In this document: in pieces, positions 13,901 to 27,600 of the stretch
Layout of the letters: every line of letters begins with the position of its first letter
How positions within the stretch are numbered: the first letter of the stretch is position 1
From: Tubiluchus corallicola
Taxonomy: Eukaryota; Animalia; Priapulida
DNA: 64,000 bases
NCBI GenBank assembly: GCA_030141605.1
Contig: JAQGDQ010000112.1
Coordinates: forward strand, 372,001-436,000
Direction: 5' to 3'
Translations under genes and position numbers: made by a program
The notes under the pieces: model-generated
The model's input: only the letters and a program-made list of their open reading frames with translations
What the model was told of the DNA's origin: nothing
Databases searched by the model: none

Positions 13901-16900
13901 GGTAATAATTGGTAAAATAAACTGTAATGGTTCATAAAAACTTTGGCAATCAGAGTCGTAATTAGTTAATGATTTCCAAGAAACTTTGTGTAGAAAGGTG
14001 GGTATAGAGTGCGAAAATGGGAATTGTTTGCCAGTTCACAAAACTTGACAGAACACCACGTACAAAACCTGTTTGAGAAGCACTTCTTGCAGATCTCAGC
14101 GGGAGTGTTCAGCACTTCTTTTCTATTATCTCCACTAGGACACACAACTATGAGTTAGTTCCGGATTCCATTTCAAGAAAAACTCTCTTGTAAAACTGTG
14201 CAACGCTACCTGTAACCCTTGCTTATTAATATGTATAGCCTATAAGGTGACTTAGTAAATACATATTTCTCAGTCTATTACCACCGCAAAATTAATAGTG
14301 AAAAGGGTAGATAAACACTATGTGGAAAATTCGTACATTATTGATTATAAATCTATGTAATGAACAAATATTTTGTGAGTCTTTTGCTAGTCTATATTAT
14401 ACCAATATATGTACATTTTTGTATTTTGCTACTTTATCTTTGTGATAAAGTTTTTTAATCAAAAGAATCAGATGAATAAGCATAGGATTGTTCCGCTTTG
14501 GCAGAGATCTGCTTCCTAATGCGCGTTTTCTAGTTTTATTATAGAAATCAGTTGCAACAAAATAGCATACGTGCCATTTTTCCTGTTCCATTTGTACCTA
14601 CTTTTCCATTTGGGCCATTTTTTCCTGTGCCATTTTCTTTCTGTGCAATTTTTACCATGCCATTTTTTCCTGTGTAATTTTTACCTGCACAATTTTTACT
14701 GCGCCTTCCTAGATCTACTCAACCGTTATTGTACCTAGTCATGCACTGGGAGAACAAGGGTGGTCGAGCAGCGGTCTTGGCTGTCCTTGTAAATCAACTT
14801 CTAAACCAAATTTGATTGGAAAAGGCTCACATTGGATAATACGTGTTAATAAACAAAATGTAGTTGCATTTTTTTCACAGACACCCTGTTTATAATTATC
14901 CTGCTAGACTACAATTTTTATTTGTATCAATAGATTTGCCGAAGAGTACTACAATGATCATAGGAGAGGGTATGGTGCAAATGTGCCATACGTTCTTCGT
15001 GATCTCTATGCGAAAAAGTATGGAGACGATGTTTTTCAATCTGCAAAACAACAATTTGCGGGAAGTGGATCATATGGTAATGGAGGAGCGATGCGGATTG
15101 CACCAGTAGCACTTTTTGGAGCATTTAGTTTAGATAAACTAATTGAGGTTTGAAGAATAATGCTTTTTTATGGTACATAGTTTTATTTATTTATAATGTA
15201 TTCATTGGTTGCGTTCTGCTGTTAGCTTTAACATGGCTTAGTATTATGGCAAATAAAATACAGATAGAAAACAAGTTAAAAAGTAAGTTGTATTAAAGCC
15301 TTTTTTGATATAATTTAAAAGTGAAACACTATATATATTTAGCATCTATGAGAAAGCATTGATTTAGGCAGGGGCTTGCCTTGACAATAAGTGTCCAAAT
15401 TTTGTCTGGGGATAATAGCACTTCTCAGCTTCCTACATTTTTTTCAGGTAGCAAGGGAAAGTACAAAAATTACCCATGCAAATAAACTAGGTTACAATGG
15501 TGCAATACTGCAATGCTTAGCCATACAACAAGCTCTCTGTACAGATGTTTTAGACAGGGACAAGTTTTTAGACGACCTGCTTACGAAAATGCATAATATT
15601 GAAAAGTAAGAGTTCGTTGCTCTTAGAAAGTCTCAAATGCAAATTTATTTAGGTAAAAAGGACTCCTATGTGACTTCAGCTGTAACTAGTAGAGCCGAAG
15701 TACATTTTTTGAGCTTTCAAATGTTTTGTTGTCTCTAGAACGAATGTGAGTCATAATGGTGTAGTGTGGAAAAAATAAACATGTCATGTAATGGTATGCC
15801 ATCAAAAAACGACTACCAAAAACCTGTAGGTGTTTTTGCATTCATTCATTTTAGAATATCTGATGATAAAACAGGTGACACTCACTCTCTAGCTTCTCAG
15901 CAGTCGTATTGCCAGCTGTTAGAAAAAGCAAAGTTGTTTTTACAACAAGATACTACAAGAGAAACTATATGTAATGAGTTAGGTGAGTAAAAGTACTACA
16001 GCTTCCACGACATATTCTTCAAATATTGCATTCATTTACTTCGACATTTTTCTTATTTTAAAATGGAAGAAAGTCAATAATTGACGTCTACAGCACCACG
16101 GGCATGGGACAAAAATGTTCCCGCTGCATTTTAGTTAACATTACAAGCTGTTGGGGCGTTTATAGTGTGCTTGAATGATCAGCAAAGTGTGCATATACAG
16201 ACGTAACGCAAAGATTTCCAGGATGCATGGGGTTTTGAAGTAGAGATGATTAAAATTGCTGAAAATTAGTTTTGGACAATTTTTGTAATTCAGTTTTTGA
16301 ATTTGTGTCACAAAGCAGTTTATGCAATATTTCATGTTAGAATCCTGCAGATTACGTGATGCTTTATTACTTTTATATCTGACTTTTAGTATAACACAAG
16401 CAATGTAGCTGACACGAGGACGGTTAATTAGTGCCTAGTAAATGCATTTATATGCACTTAGACACATAAAAAAGCACAAATGCTGGTTGATGCCAAAACA
16501 ATGTGTTGTAACTTCATAAACTCTTGCAGCACTTTACTGATAGTTGAGGACCAACGTTTACACTAGGACAAGGATATAATGGCAGAAATGCCAACATAAA
16601 GTTGCTGTAGGCTGTAATTTATGTTGCATGATCTTATCTTGATTTACGATCTTGATCTTTGACCTTTTGAATCAAAGAGCGATGGGTTTGCAGACTGTTT
16701 TGTTCTAGACATATTTCTGTGCCAATTGACATAATACTTAAAGAATTAGCTTAGTGGCTAAATAATTGAAGAATGAAGTGCTGAAAAAATGATGAGTCAA
16801 CTAGGATTTGAATTCTGATCATGTGAATTAAAGGCATGTGCTCTGCCATTTGAGCTACTGACTCAATAATAATAAAGTCAGTATGGCAAAGCTACACACG

Positions 16901-16915
16901 CATGCGCGCACGCAT

Positions 16916-16949
<34 letters not shown>

Positions 16950-18785
16950 CAAACATCCTCCCAGCCAGTTCCAACTGACCTCAGCTTTTGTAATATTGAA
17001 TACTGTCTTTAGTGAAAATTTTGTACTACTTTGGCTTTTGAAACGTTTGAAAAGTTTTTTTTAAAAATTTGTTCTAAGGAAACTTCTTGTTTTTAAGCAA
17101 ATTAAATTATCCTTCCTTTTTTATAAAGAGTTGCCACTTTTAATACCATTGATTTCTCTCATTTATGGTATTTTACTCTTCAGGTGTAGGAGAACCCGCA
17201 CAGGAGTCTGTGACGACTGCCATTTACACATTTCTCAAGTGTGTAGAACCGGCTGACTACCTTAAAGAATTAGATGTAAGACCATTCATCCATTCGTAGT
17301 GTCATTCAGTGAAATTAGAGGGTTTCTACTACCAAATGTAGCAGTTGTGCCTTTATAAACTTTTGCAATAAGCCTTTTCACAGTTCCAGCAATTGATGAT
17401 GATTGTGAAAAGGTCGAAGGTTAAGTGTACCAGACAGCGCATTTGTGTACACTTGATAACACCTCGCAGCCCATGCTATTGTAATAGTAATTAAAAAAAG
17501 AGACAAATGTTAGTTATAGAACCTTACCTAGTTCATTTTTGTTCCCAAACAAGATCCCACTGCTACTAACACATAATTAAGTCCAAGAAAACATCTGAAG
17601 TTACTGAACTGGGCTTTGCTTTACCAGTTTGTCACATGAGGGTTGTAGCTAAGGTACACTTAACCTTTGACCTGTAGCAACCGTGCGTGTGCACCGAAAA
17701 CTCATTGATTCATTGACATGAGATAACAGATAAACAATTTCATTGAAACTTTGGCTTCTGAAATTTAGAAATACAAAAATAATTTTTTATGACAAATAAG
17801 AAATTCGACAATAAAGATAAGACATCATTCCACCATCTGCGAATATCTTTATGTGGAAAAGAAAAAAATGTAAACGATCGCTAAATACTCTTTAAAAGTT
17901 ATTCATTGATTGCATTCTGTTCTGCCAACTGATGTGTGATACAACTACATAAGACTACATAGTAACTCAAGCAAGTTAAGAAATTACCTATGCCTACAAC
18001 TAATGTTACACAAACCATATTATATATAAAGTGACAAAGGAATGTTTAATATAATGTAATTTTTCTAAATAATAATGGTAAAAGAAGCAAATGGTTTAAG
18101 AAATTTTTGTAATACCAATTTTATACATACCATGATGAAGTTTTGGCATCCATTTCTTCACTTAAAGACCAAACTTTGCGCTAATGCATTTTTCTATGCC
18201 CTGCTGGAGGGTCTTTCTTTTCTTAGTGATATAACTTTTGACTTTCCTTGAAGCAATAAAATGTTGTTTGTATTGTTGTAGGGGAAACACAGTGTTGTAA
18301 TCTATTGTACAATAGTTTTTGATTCACGACAGCTTGCTAGATATTGACTGTCTATTAAGCAATTATGAACAGAACTTTATTGCTGCTGCTTTCCCCCCCC
18401 CCCCCCCCGAATTTTGAGCATAATCTCGTTATGCTATTGAATGCTGTCTAACCAGCTCATACAACTTATTATGCAAGGCATGACTACATTTAACTGAATT
18501 TTGTGGAATCCATTGACAGCATTACCGAGGACTTCTTGTATTTATTGGAATTAAATCGAACTGCTTTTGCTTCTTTTTCAGAAAGGTAACCCATTTTCGA
18601 GAACAATACTTTACGCCATATCACTAGGCGGCGACACAGACACAATTGCATCTATGGCAGGAGCAATTGCCGGTGCATATTATGGGATAGAATCTATACC
18701 AAAAGTTTGGCAAGAAAAATGTGAACGTGTGAAAGATGCAAAGAGACAAGCAGAACAATTGTGTGAACTTGCATCAACTGCTTGA
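10950..18785 (+). CDS. ADPRS: ADP-ribosylhydrolase ARH3 (ADPRHL2), tandem copy 1, 7 coding exons, 367 aa
   Basis: Exons 10950-11160, 12678-12774, 14934-15147, 15448-15605, 15855-15982, 17184-17275, 18582-18785 (1104 nt, frame intact, all GT-AG). Motifs RFKGSLVGALVGDCLGAPFE, YTDDTAM, RGYG, QF.GSGSYGNGGAMRIAP, ITHAN.LGYNGA, SLGGDTDTIASMAGAIAGAYYG. Confidence 0.93.
13583..14718. mobile_element. Foldback-type TIR element with subterminal arrays of AAAATGGCACA, in ARH3 copy 1 intron 2
   Basis: About 5 direct AAAATGGCA(CA) units at 13608-13693 and about 8 inverted TGTGCCATTTT-like units at 14571-14700; ends GTAGAT...ATCTAC. TSD not clear. Confidence 0.7.
16916..16948. repeat. (CA)n microsatellite
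   Basis: Direct observation. Confidence 0.95.
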
Positions 18786-21184
18786 GTAACCAACATGTTG
18801 AAGACAAGTAGGTGAAGTCTGAACAAAAATAGCGAAAAATAACTGCAGTTTCGAGTGAAAACCACACTTAACTTTGTAGGTATTAAAACTGGCTTTCACT
18901 CCTTTGACCAGCCTTATTCTAGAAGCAATACATTGAAATTTAGGAGTAATTCATACATAACATTAATTTGAAATTTATCTCTGTATATGTAGGGATAGAT
19001 GGACAGCTTAACAGATGTAGTTCTCTCCCGTCACCCTGGTACGTGTGCTTGAAGTACCGCAGTAATTTCTGATGTTGCAGTTTTGCTGGAATCCTTTAAA
19101 TTAGTAACTGCAATTTTATACTGGATTAATTTATCGATTCAATTTTAAAGTGTCTAATTTAATTGTGTAATTATTATGTCTTATATGTCTTCACTGTAAA
19201 CAAGTTCTTGTTATTGTATTGTCATGTGTTTGTTATTATAAATTAATAAGTAATATAAAATATTTATAGTATAAGTAATGTACATGTGTTGCCCATATTG
19301 CTATCAAGAAAAGAAAGAAATCTACAGAAAAGTATAGAAAGAGGAAAAGAATTATACAGAACTGAGAAAAATGGAGAAGATAGGTGCAGACTTCTAGGAA
19401 TAAAATGGTAAAAGCTGGTAATAAGATGCTGTATGTCTATCTGTTTACCTGCTGTGGCAAAAATAAAGTCAGAAGATTAAATTAAATCATTTTAGAAATG
19501 TATTGTGGCATGATATTGATCATATAATGTAGTGTAACATGTATAGAGGACTGCATGCCAACAGATACATCACAGATCTTCAGTTGTTTTTGTATGAGTG
19601 TCGTGAAAAATTCTTACATATGTCTGATAAGACAACAATGGTCGCTACATCTCAGTTTTTGGATCTGTCCCTGCATGCATTAAGTTTAGTCCATTTGTGT
19701 GTACACGTCTGAGATACAACTTGAACTTAAAATTGAAAACTGATGTTGGTAATAAAGCAAAACAGACTTGCTGGTTGCTATTACAAAAGCTAATAATATT
19801 TTGACTCGACAACAAGCGTTACAATATTCATCCAACCGCATTTGCTTACAATAAAGTGCTATAAAACATTGATCTTATTATGTTATGAAAATACATCCTT
19901 TAGATTCAGAAATATAAGAATACATATGGTTTTGATTACAACTAACCACATTATTATTACAGTGGATTGTTCCTTTTAACTGCAGTATATTTATAAACCT
20001 TTGTTTTGTTATTCTTTGACATTTTCATTTAGCCACATTTTCTATATTGTTATCGGCCTTTAATTATTTTTTCCATTGCCTTGCTTATTTTATTCTCTCA
20101 GATTTTATACTATTTCCATTGATTTGCTATTTTGTCTAGCTTCCTGGAACTTTCTTTTCATATTAACCTATTTCCCACACATTGTCCACCTCATTATATA
20201 ATTTTGACCCTTTCCCATTAGTATTCAGAAACATTCTGAATGACACTAGCTGTTTGTACCTTTGTGTATGAGAATTTCTTAATAATAATAATAATGTAAT
20301 TGTGATAAAACTTTATTGCATGTGTCATAATAACAGCTGAACCATACATATTAAAAATGCACCTTCAAAATATGTTACACAACCAGTTAAAAACATCTAG
20401 CTGTTATTAGCAATAGTGTTAATAAACGTTATAATGATAAATAAAAAGCAGTGTGAGGGGCCTACAGATGACTATTCAGGTTAAAAAGTGTATAAGACAT
20501 TAAATACAGTGCTATATATACACAATTTCAGATTTATAATTGCAATTGTATATTACTATTACAATTACATTTATAATAATTATCATGATAATTCTTTAGC
20601 ATTTGATTTAAAGAAAAACATGATTTTTCATATCCAACCTATTTTGAAGTGTGGTGAAAATATACATTTTAACACACGGACAAATGCTAAAGTGATTACG
20701 TAATTAGCTTACAAATAAACTTAATTAACCACAGCTAGTGGTGACGTTACGAGTGAATATAGCTTTCAGTTAACACAAACATTCCCTGAGTATGTACAAT
20801 GCCAATTTTCTTGTGCAATGTGTCTCCGGGATGCAGGCGATCTTTACGACCAGCAAATGACGAAGTATCGTAAGTGAAAAATTAACAACGTGGCTATGAA
20901 ATAAACTTCCGTAGTGATAAATCTTCGGAAAACAATATTTTCCCTTGCAATACACAGATCGACAGGATACTTAGAAAGTGTCGAGGAAATGTGTCACTGT
21001 TATATATTTACCGAAGTAAAAGAAATTGGCAAGCAAATTGATGCAACATTTCAATTATTATTTCACTCAAGAATATATGCATTTCGTGTGAAAGATCAAA
21101 TGCTGTAATATCATGACCAAATTTCTAGGCGTTAATGAAGAAAAATGTCAATTTTTATTTAAAAAATTTGGGGTTATCTAAACG

Positions 21185-21415
21185 CATATTGCTTATATTG
21201 GTCTTATAGACCTAACACGTATTGATTTTTACCAAGAAACTGTGAACTAATTTTCTGTTGTACTATAATTAAAGAACTGAGTCATATAATTTCACAACAC
21301 CTACACATATTGCTTACATTACTATTACAGACGTAAATGTATTAATTTTTACCAAGAAACTGCGAACTAATTTTCTGTGGTACTATAATTAAACAAACGA
21401 GTCATAATTTCACAA
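21185..21415. repeat. Approximately 120-bp tandem duplication upstream of ARH3 copy 2
   Basis: catattgctta...tttaccaagaaactg(t/c)gaactaattttctgt(t/g)gtactataattaaa...gagtcata..atttcacaa occurs twice with a period near 120. Confidence 0.85.
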
Positions 21416-21696
21416 TAACACTTCCAGTACCCTTGTGAAATCACAGTATATGTTTTATATGTCTGATGTAAGCAATATGGGTTTAAGCAGTACAAGTTAT
21501 CTCTGGTTACGTTGTCAACTATAATTCAGTATTACCTGTAGTATTGCTGGACGTTCAGTTTTAATAATGTAAAAATGCTATTTTGCGCTGCAGAATTCCG
21601 GTATTGCGGTGAAGCAATCCCATCTAACATGAAACCGTGCGTCATTGTTATGTGAGATTTTTTCTCAATCTCACAGCGACCGAGTGGTGCAATGAC

Positions 21697-24600
21697 ATGG
21701 CAACGCAAGGCAGAAAATGTTTTAGTGGACAGTGTGCGGTGCAAGCGTCTAATTTGTGCAAATGTTTCAGTGGATATACAGGCATGAATAACAAAGATAT
21801 CGATCGGTTTACGGGAAGTCTGGTCGGTGCTGTAGTTGGTGACTGTCTAGGAAATCCGTTCGAATTTAAATCTAGAGTCGGTCGAATCAGTGAATTATTA
21901 AAAGCCGGCGTGGGGGAAATTGAATCATCTAAAAACGGTATTATCAGTTATGTTTAATCTAATTGTCATTTATTTTATTACTTATGTTTGCAAAAAGACT
22001 GCACAGTTGCTTCTGTTCTTTTTATCTCTGCCTTCACGTGCGTGTGCTTCAAAACGGTGTTACTAGAGCGTGTTTATCCCTTAGGCCTTACTCTCTGGAA
22101 ATAGCATGCAAAAATATACCAAGCGTCTATCAGTTTGCCATAAAGCCGACAGTACCTGTCCTCTTGCGTTTAAATCGTCATCTGTTCACTATAAGCAGAT
22201 GTCATTTGATTTTTTACTACTACAATACTAGTGCGTTCTCAGGTGCTAGCCTAGTCTTAGTTGCTATTGAGCGAGCCTGCACAAATATGCGTGCGAGGTC
22301 ACACATCACTGATTTTTTTCCTGTTTTGATTTGTACTTCACATTTACTGCTATTCTTCTACATGTTCCAAACATTCCACTCACACATTTTTTGATATACC
22401 ATCGTATATATTAATTCTACTGGTATGTTATATATATATATATAAGTTTCGAGGCTACAGCTTCGACGACGGCACCATTTGCGGCGATCTATACATTAAA
22501 CGAGCAGCCTCGATCTAGTGTCGTGCCATTATCGAATCGGGACGAACGGGGGGCGAAAAACCTCCAAAAATGGCCATTTTTCAGCTATTTTTTGCAAAAG
22601 TTATACGTTTGAGATCTGGAGAACGGGAATGGGCCATGGGTGGTGCTGGCTATGGATAGATAGCCCGTTCAGCGGTGTGTGTCATTGGCGTATTTAGAAT
22701 TTGCGAGAGGGCCACGGCGTCCCGTAACGGGTGTTTTCCCGGACCCAACGCGATTTTTTCGAAATTTTGACCAAACAGCCTGCAGAAAAACGTTCTGGCG
22801 GCGCCTGGTGGGACTCTCGAAAGGATATATGGCTCTTTAGAAAGGGGAAGAACAGGGCTACACGATGATGTGGGCCATGCTTTAGTACACGTCCACCAAG
22901 AGGAGTGCCGACGAATTAATTAGATGTTCTATTTTCCGCAGTTTTCGCTTAGAAAACTGCTGATGACGCAAAGCCATTGTTCTGACGTCGTCCATTATAC
23001 TCTGTCTATAACCTTATAGCCATAATTCAGTAAAAGCTGCTGGCTTTGTGTTAGGAAAATAGACAAACACTAGATGGGATGTTCGCGCATTGTTGATTAT
23101 AAGCGGATTTATAAGCAAAATTTTTTGCGGGGCCTTTGCTAGCTTATTATATTATTGCTGCTTTAACATACTTTCTTACTTGTTTCAAAACTTCACTATT
23201 TAAGCTAGATACACCCCTGCTTGTTACATTCCACATTCCTATTTTAGTTAATTTGTCACATTCAAACAAATGCTCTGGTGCCACCGTATTGACTCTCCAT
23301 TAATTCTGATACAGGCAAAAGTGAGAAAGTCAACAAATCTATGCTAAATATTTTTACAACACATGTTAGCTGGCTAAAATTTATCACTGTTGAGGAAAAC
23401 TGGCATGTATTAGGCCTTCAAAATCTAATCTAGTAAAGTAACAGTTATGCCAATAAAAACATGTGTTCTCATTATTTTCTTCTGATATTTTTTATGTGTA
23501 AACTTAATACGACTTCCATTAATACAGCAGAATAGTAAAGCATATGATGCAACTTTGTCACTAATGGAAACGGTACAGTACTTAGTGTTTCTTCTATAAT
23601 TGTGCACACAGAGCAATTACACCTTATTGCTAGTATTTGTGTGACCATGAAACATTCCCAGTGAGTAAGAATTTAATGTTGAATGCATCTGTATAGACCT
23701 GATTTGAATTATTCGTAGTTGATTGGAAGCTGGCCTAAATAATGCCCCTTTTAACACCCCCGATATTCTTAAATTAGGGTTTTTCAGAGATTTAAGATTA
23801 AGATTTCAAGATTTTTTTATTATGATATAAAATTGTCTTCATTATTGTAAAATTTTTGTAGTGTTTATACTTGTAGCAAACATCACTTTCAGTGCTCCTT
23901 ACCTAATACAAATTATTTATGTTTTTTCTAATTAACAGCGGAAAGTGCCCCCTTTACGGATGATACAGCAATGACAAGATCCGTAGCCAAATCGCTTATT
24001 GAAAATAGAGGATTTAATGCAAACGATATGGCGAAAAGGTGTGAATAATGATGCTTAGTTATATATATATATATATATATATATACCACTACAGTAGCTT
24101 GCAGTTATACTGTTAAATCATGTTGTAAAAAATTGTATTCTAGTGACATCTAGTGATCCATAGTACTGCAGCTGTATGCGATACTTTCTTTGTAAATTTC
24201 ACAAAAAATGTAGGAAGTCCATTCTGGGCAAAATTGAGTTATTGACATCAGGGCATCCTTTGTAGCAGGCTGCATCTTACCAAATGATTTGTTGATCTGA
24301 AGATTACTAGGCAAGTTCTTGGGACATTAATAAAACCTAGTAAGTCCACTTTTTTGCTGAAATTTTAAGACAAACCTAATAAGTCCACGGCAGTGTCTAA
24401 ACTGCCTATTAGCAGGCATCTTGCAATTATGCAACCAGAAGCTGTCGTACATTGAATAGCTAACTAGGCTATTCAACCTTTTACAGGCGATGTATTAATA
24501 TTCGCGACCGGATAATTGCAGCTGTTTGCAATGATCCTTGGGGATAAACAATAGGGTGATTGACATCTCTGTCTCGCTTGACTGTGTGCAGGGACCTAGT

Positions 24601-27600
24601 AAGTCCTGCTTTTTGAGAAGCCCGTACTGGAGCCGTAAGTTTATTAATTTAAAAACTAATTTAAGTATTTATTTCCATTTTTTACAGAATAATAAAACAC
24701 ATTTTAGTGAGTATTTATTCCAAATTTTAAGGAGACCTATTAAACAGTTGCTTGTCAAATAAAAACTTTCCCGTTTTTTCCTAAAATTATCTGAAGTGGA
24801 CTTACTAGAAGTAGAAGAAGTAGCATCTCTAGAAAACGGGAGATTTTTGTGTTGTTTTTAGCTGGTTTTAGTGATTTGTTAATAGGACATATATCTAAGC
24901 AGTTTGTCTTTAGTAAAAAGGAACAGCTTATTGGTTTATACAGACGCAGAAATTAACTCTAAGCTCTAAGCCACAGTAGTAGTTAAGTACTTAGTAATCA
25001 CCAGTGATATTGGATGCAAGTTGATGGTTTAACACCACTGACTATGATGTTAAAGGGCTAGCCCAGCACAGTTATTTGTGAACATTGGACATGTATGCCT
25101 ACACATAATTATTCAGTAATTAACTAATCTGCACAAAATTTTTCACTGTACCAAAAAATCGGAAAAAACCAAAATTTATTACAATGCAGTTCAAGTCACA
25201 TTCTATTTCTTTCTTAAGGCAAAAATCCTTCTAATCAGAATTTGTATCTCGGTATCCTACAAATTTTCGACTATCAGTTTTAATGAAAAATATGAAGAAA
25301 TTCAACTCCTTGAATATAGAGACTTCAATGAATATAAGTGCTTTTGGGGAAATCAAATGTTGTTAATATGAGGGTTGGCATTCATTGTCCCAATGCTTAA
25401 TTAGAAAAAGCATGTTGCATTTCTTTACACACTAAACACACTAAAAAGTATCTTTCTGGCCATAGAACCTTCATACAGTATTGTTTGTATCTAATAGGTT
25501 TGCCAGAGAATACCACAATGACAGCGGGAGAGGTTATGGTGCAAACATAATACATACACTTCGCGATCTCTATGAGAAAAAGTACGGAGATGATGTTTTT
25601 CAATCTGCAAAAGAACAATTCGGAGGAAGTGGATCATACGGCAATGGCGGTGCAATGCGGATTGCCCCAGTCGCCCTTTTTGGAGCATTCAATTTAAGCC
25701 TGGATCAACTAATTGAGGTTAGTTTTGTTTATACAAGAACAGCCTACCTTTTTACGAGGTTTTGCTGCATTTATTTATAATGTATTTTTAGTTGGTTTCT
25801 GCTGGTAACTTAGACGTGGCTCCATATTATAACAAACAAAACTGTAGCTACATAACAACATTAAGTATGTATAAGCTGCATTGAAAGTTTTGTACAAATT
25901 ATTAAAGCTCCTGTGATGCAAATTTACAAGTGAAACACTGCACTGGCATCTATAAGAAGCCAACTGCCAGCCGTTGCAGTAATAGTAAATATGTTGTGTG
26001 CTCCGCTGTGACAAGCTTCTGTTTCTGCATTCAACATTTTTCTCGTTGCAGGTAGCAAGGGAAAGTACAAAAATCACCCATTCAAATGAACTAGGTTACA
26101 ATGGTGCAATACTGCAATGCTTAGCCGTACAACAAGCTCTCTGTACAGATGTCTTAGACAGGGACAAGTTTTTAGACGACCTGCTTATAAAAATGCGCAA
26201 TATTGAAAAGTGAGAATTCGGCACTGCTAAAAAGTATAGTTTTAGGCATTGGATATCAATAAATATGCTCGAGGGAGACAATTTACTTTGTTATTATAGG
26301 CTAATTACAAGTGTGTGAAACTGTCTGGCTTTAATTTGACCTTGAGTTACTTCCGTTACAGTTACACTAAATGATAGGCGTTCTATCAAATCCATGTTAA
26401 TTCTTCTCAGTGATGTATGACTGAAGTCTCAGCTAGGTCTTGGATCAGAACAATGAAACAAATGTAAACTTGACTACAATGAACTTACAATGACTTACAA
26501 TGTATGGTTTGTTGCAAAACTAATAACAATTTTAAACATGCAGTACTAAAGCATCTTGTATAAAAGTTCACCATCTCTGGCCAAAGATCAACATTTATAC
26601 ATCTTTGTAACCGACTGTAAGATTCCTTTATTAAATGAATAATTTTAAGAGAACAGAAAGAGATTTTGTTAGAGATGAAGGCACTTAGAGACGATTCCTA
26701 GAGCCATTTTGCATTTGGAGTCAGATTTGACTTTCACCTAAGGAGACACTAAAACATTGTGGACAAGTAAGAATTTGAACCTGAAACCTGTGATTAGTAT
26801 GCTTTTCTTGCATAGTCCCGGTAGGCAATTTTTCAGCATCACCTTTCTTTCTCCAACTCATTACCCGCAATGGGTAACTATTGTTAAAAAAAGAAACCCC
26901 AATGGTTTATAAATACTCTGGCAATCACAGTCATAATCTGAATAATTAATGATATTGTTAGTTGCTAGTTAGTCCGAGTAAAGTGTTTGTTCTGTTTCTA
27001 AGTTTCTGATACATTGCAATGTGCCTCTCAAAAGAGAGCATACCACACTTTGGCATAGCATCGAATTGTGAGCAATAAAGACTCTGAGATGTTTTTGCAT
27101 TCTTGTTTTGAAAGTTAGACTTTTATTTTTGTAGGACACCAGTTGAGGAAGAAACTGGTGAAGGGCAATCCCCAGATCATCAGCAGCCATATTGCCAACT
27201 ATTAGAAAAAGCAAAGTTGTTTTTACAACAAGATACTAGAAGAGAAACCATATGTAATGAGTTAGGTGAGTAAAAGTGCAATGGCGTCGAACACATCGTA
27301 TAAAAATAATGTGTTATATTCAGTAGTCATTTCAACATTTTTCTTACATTGAACAGTGAAAAAACTCGATGTTTGTCACTGGTAGCTGTAGCATGAAAAA
27401 GCACTCTACTAAGTTTTAAATAAAATATAATTGTTAGATCTGGTAAATGTGAAATTTTTGTAGATGTGCACTGCTTTTTTGTCTACTGTGTTGGTATTGG
27501 CATATTACTCAAATTTAACTTCTGAACTAACTTATTTGATAAAGTAGATTTGCTGACAATTGCTGGCATTTGTTTAGTTACTTGAAGGGTTGCCATATGA

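Noticed and set aside
24210-24810. Scattered CTAGTAAGTCC motifs with one inverted copy in ARH3 copy 2 intron 2
   Set aside because: Probably a decayed DNA transposon; ends and TSD could not be defined.
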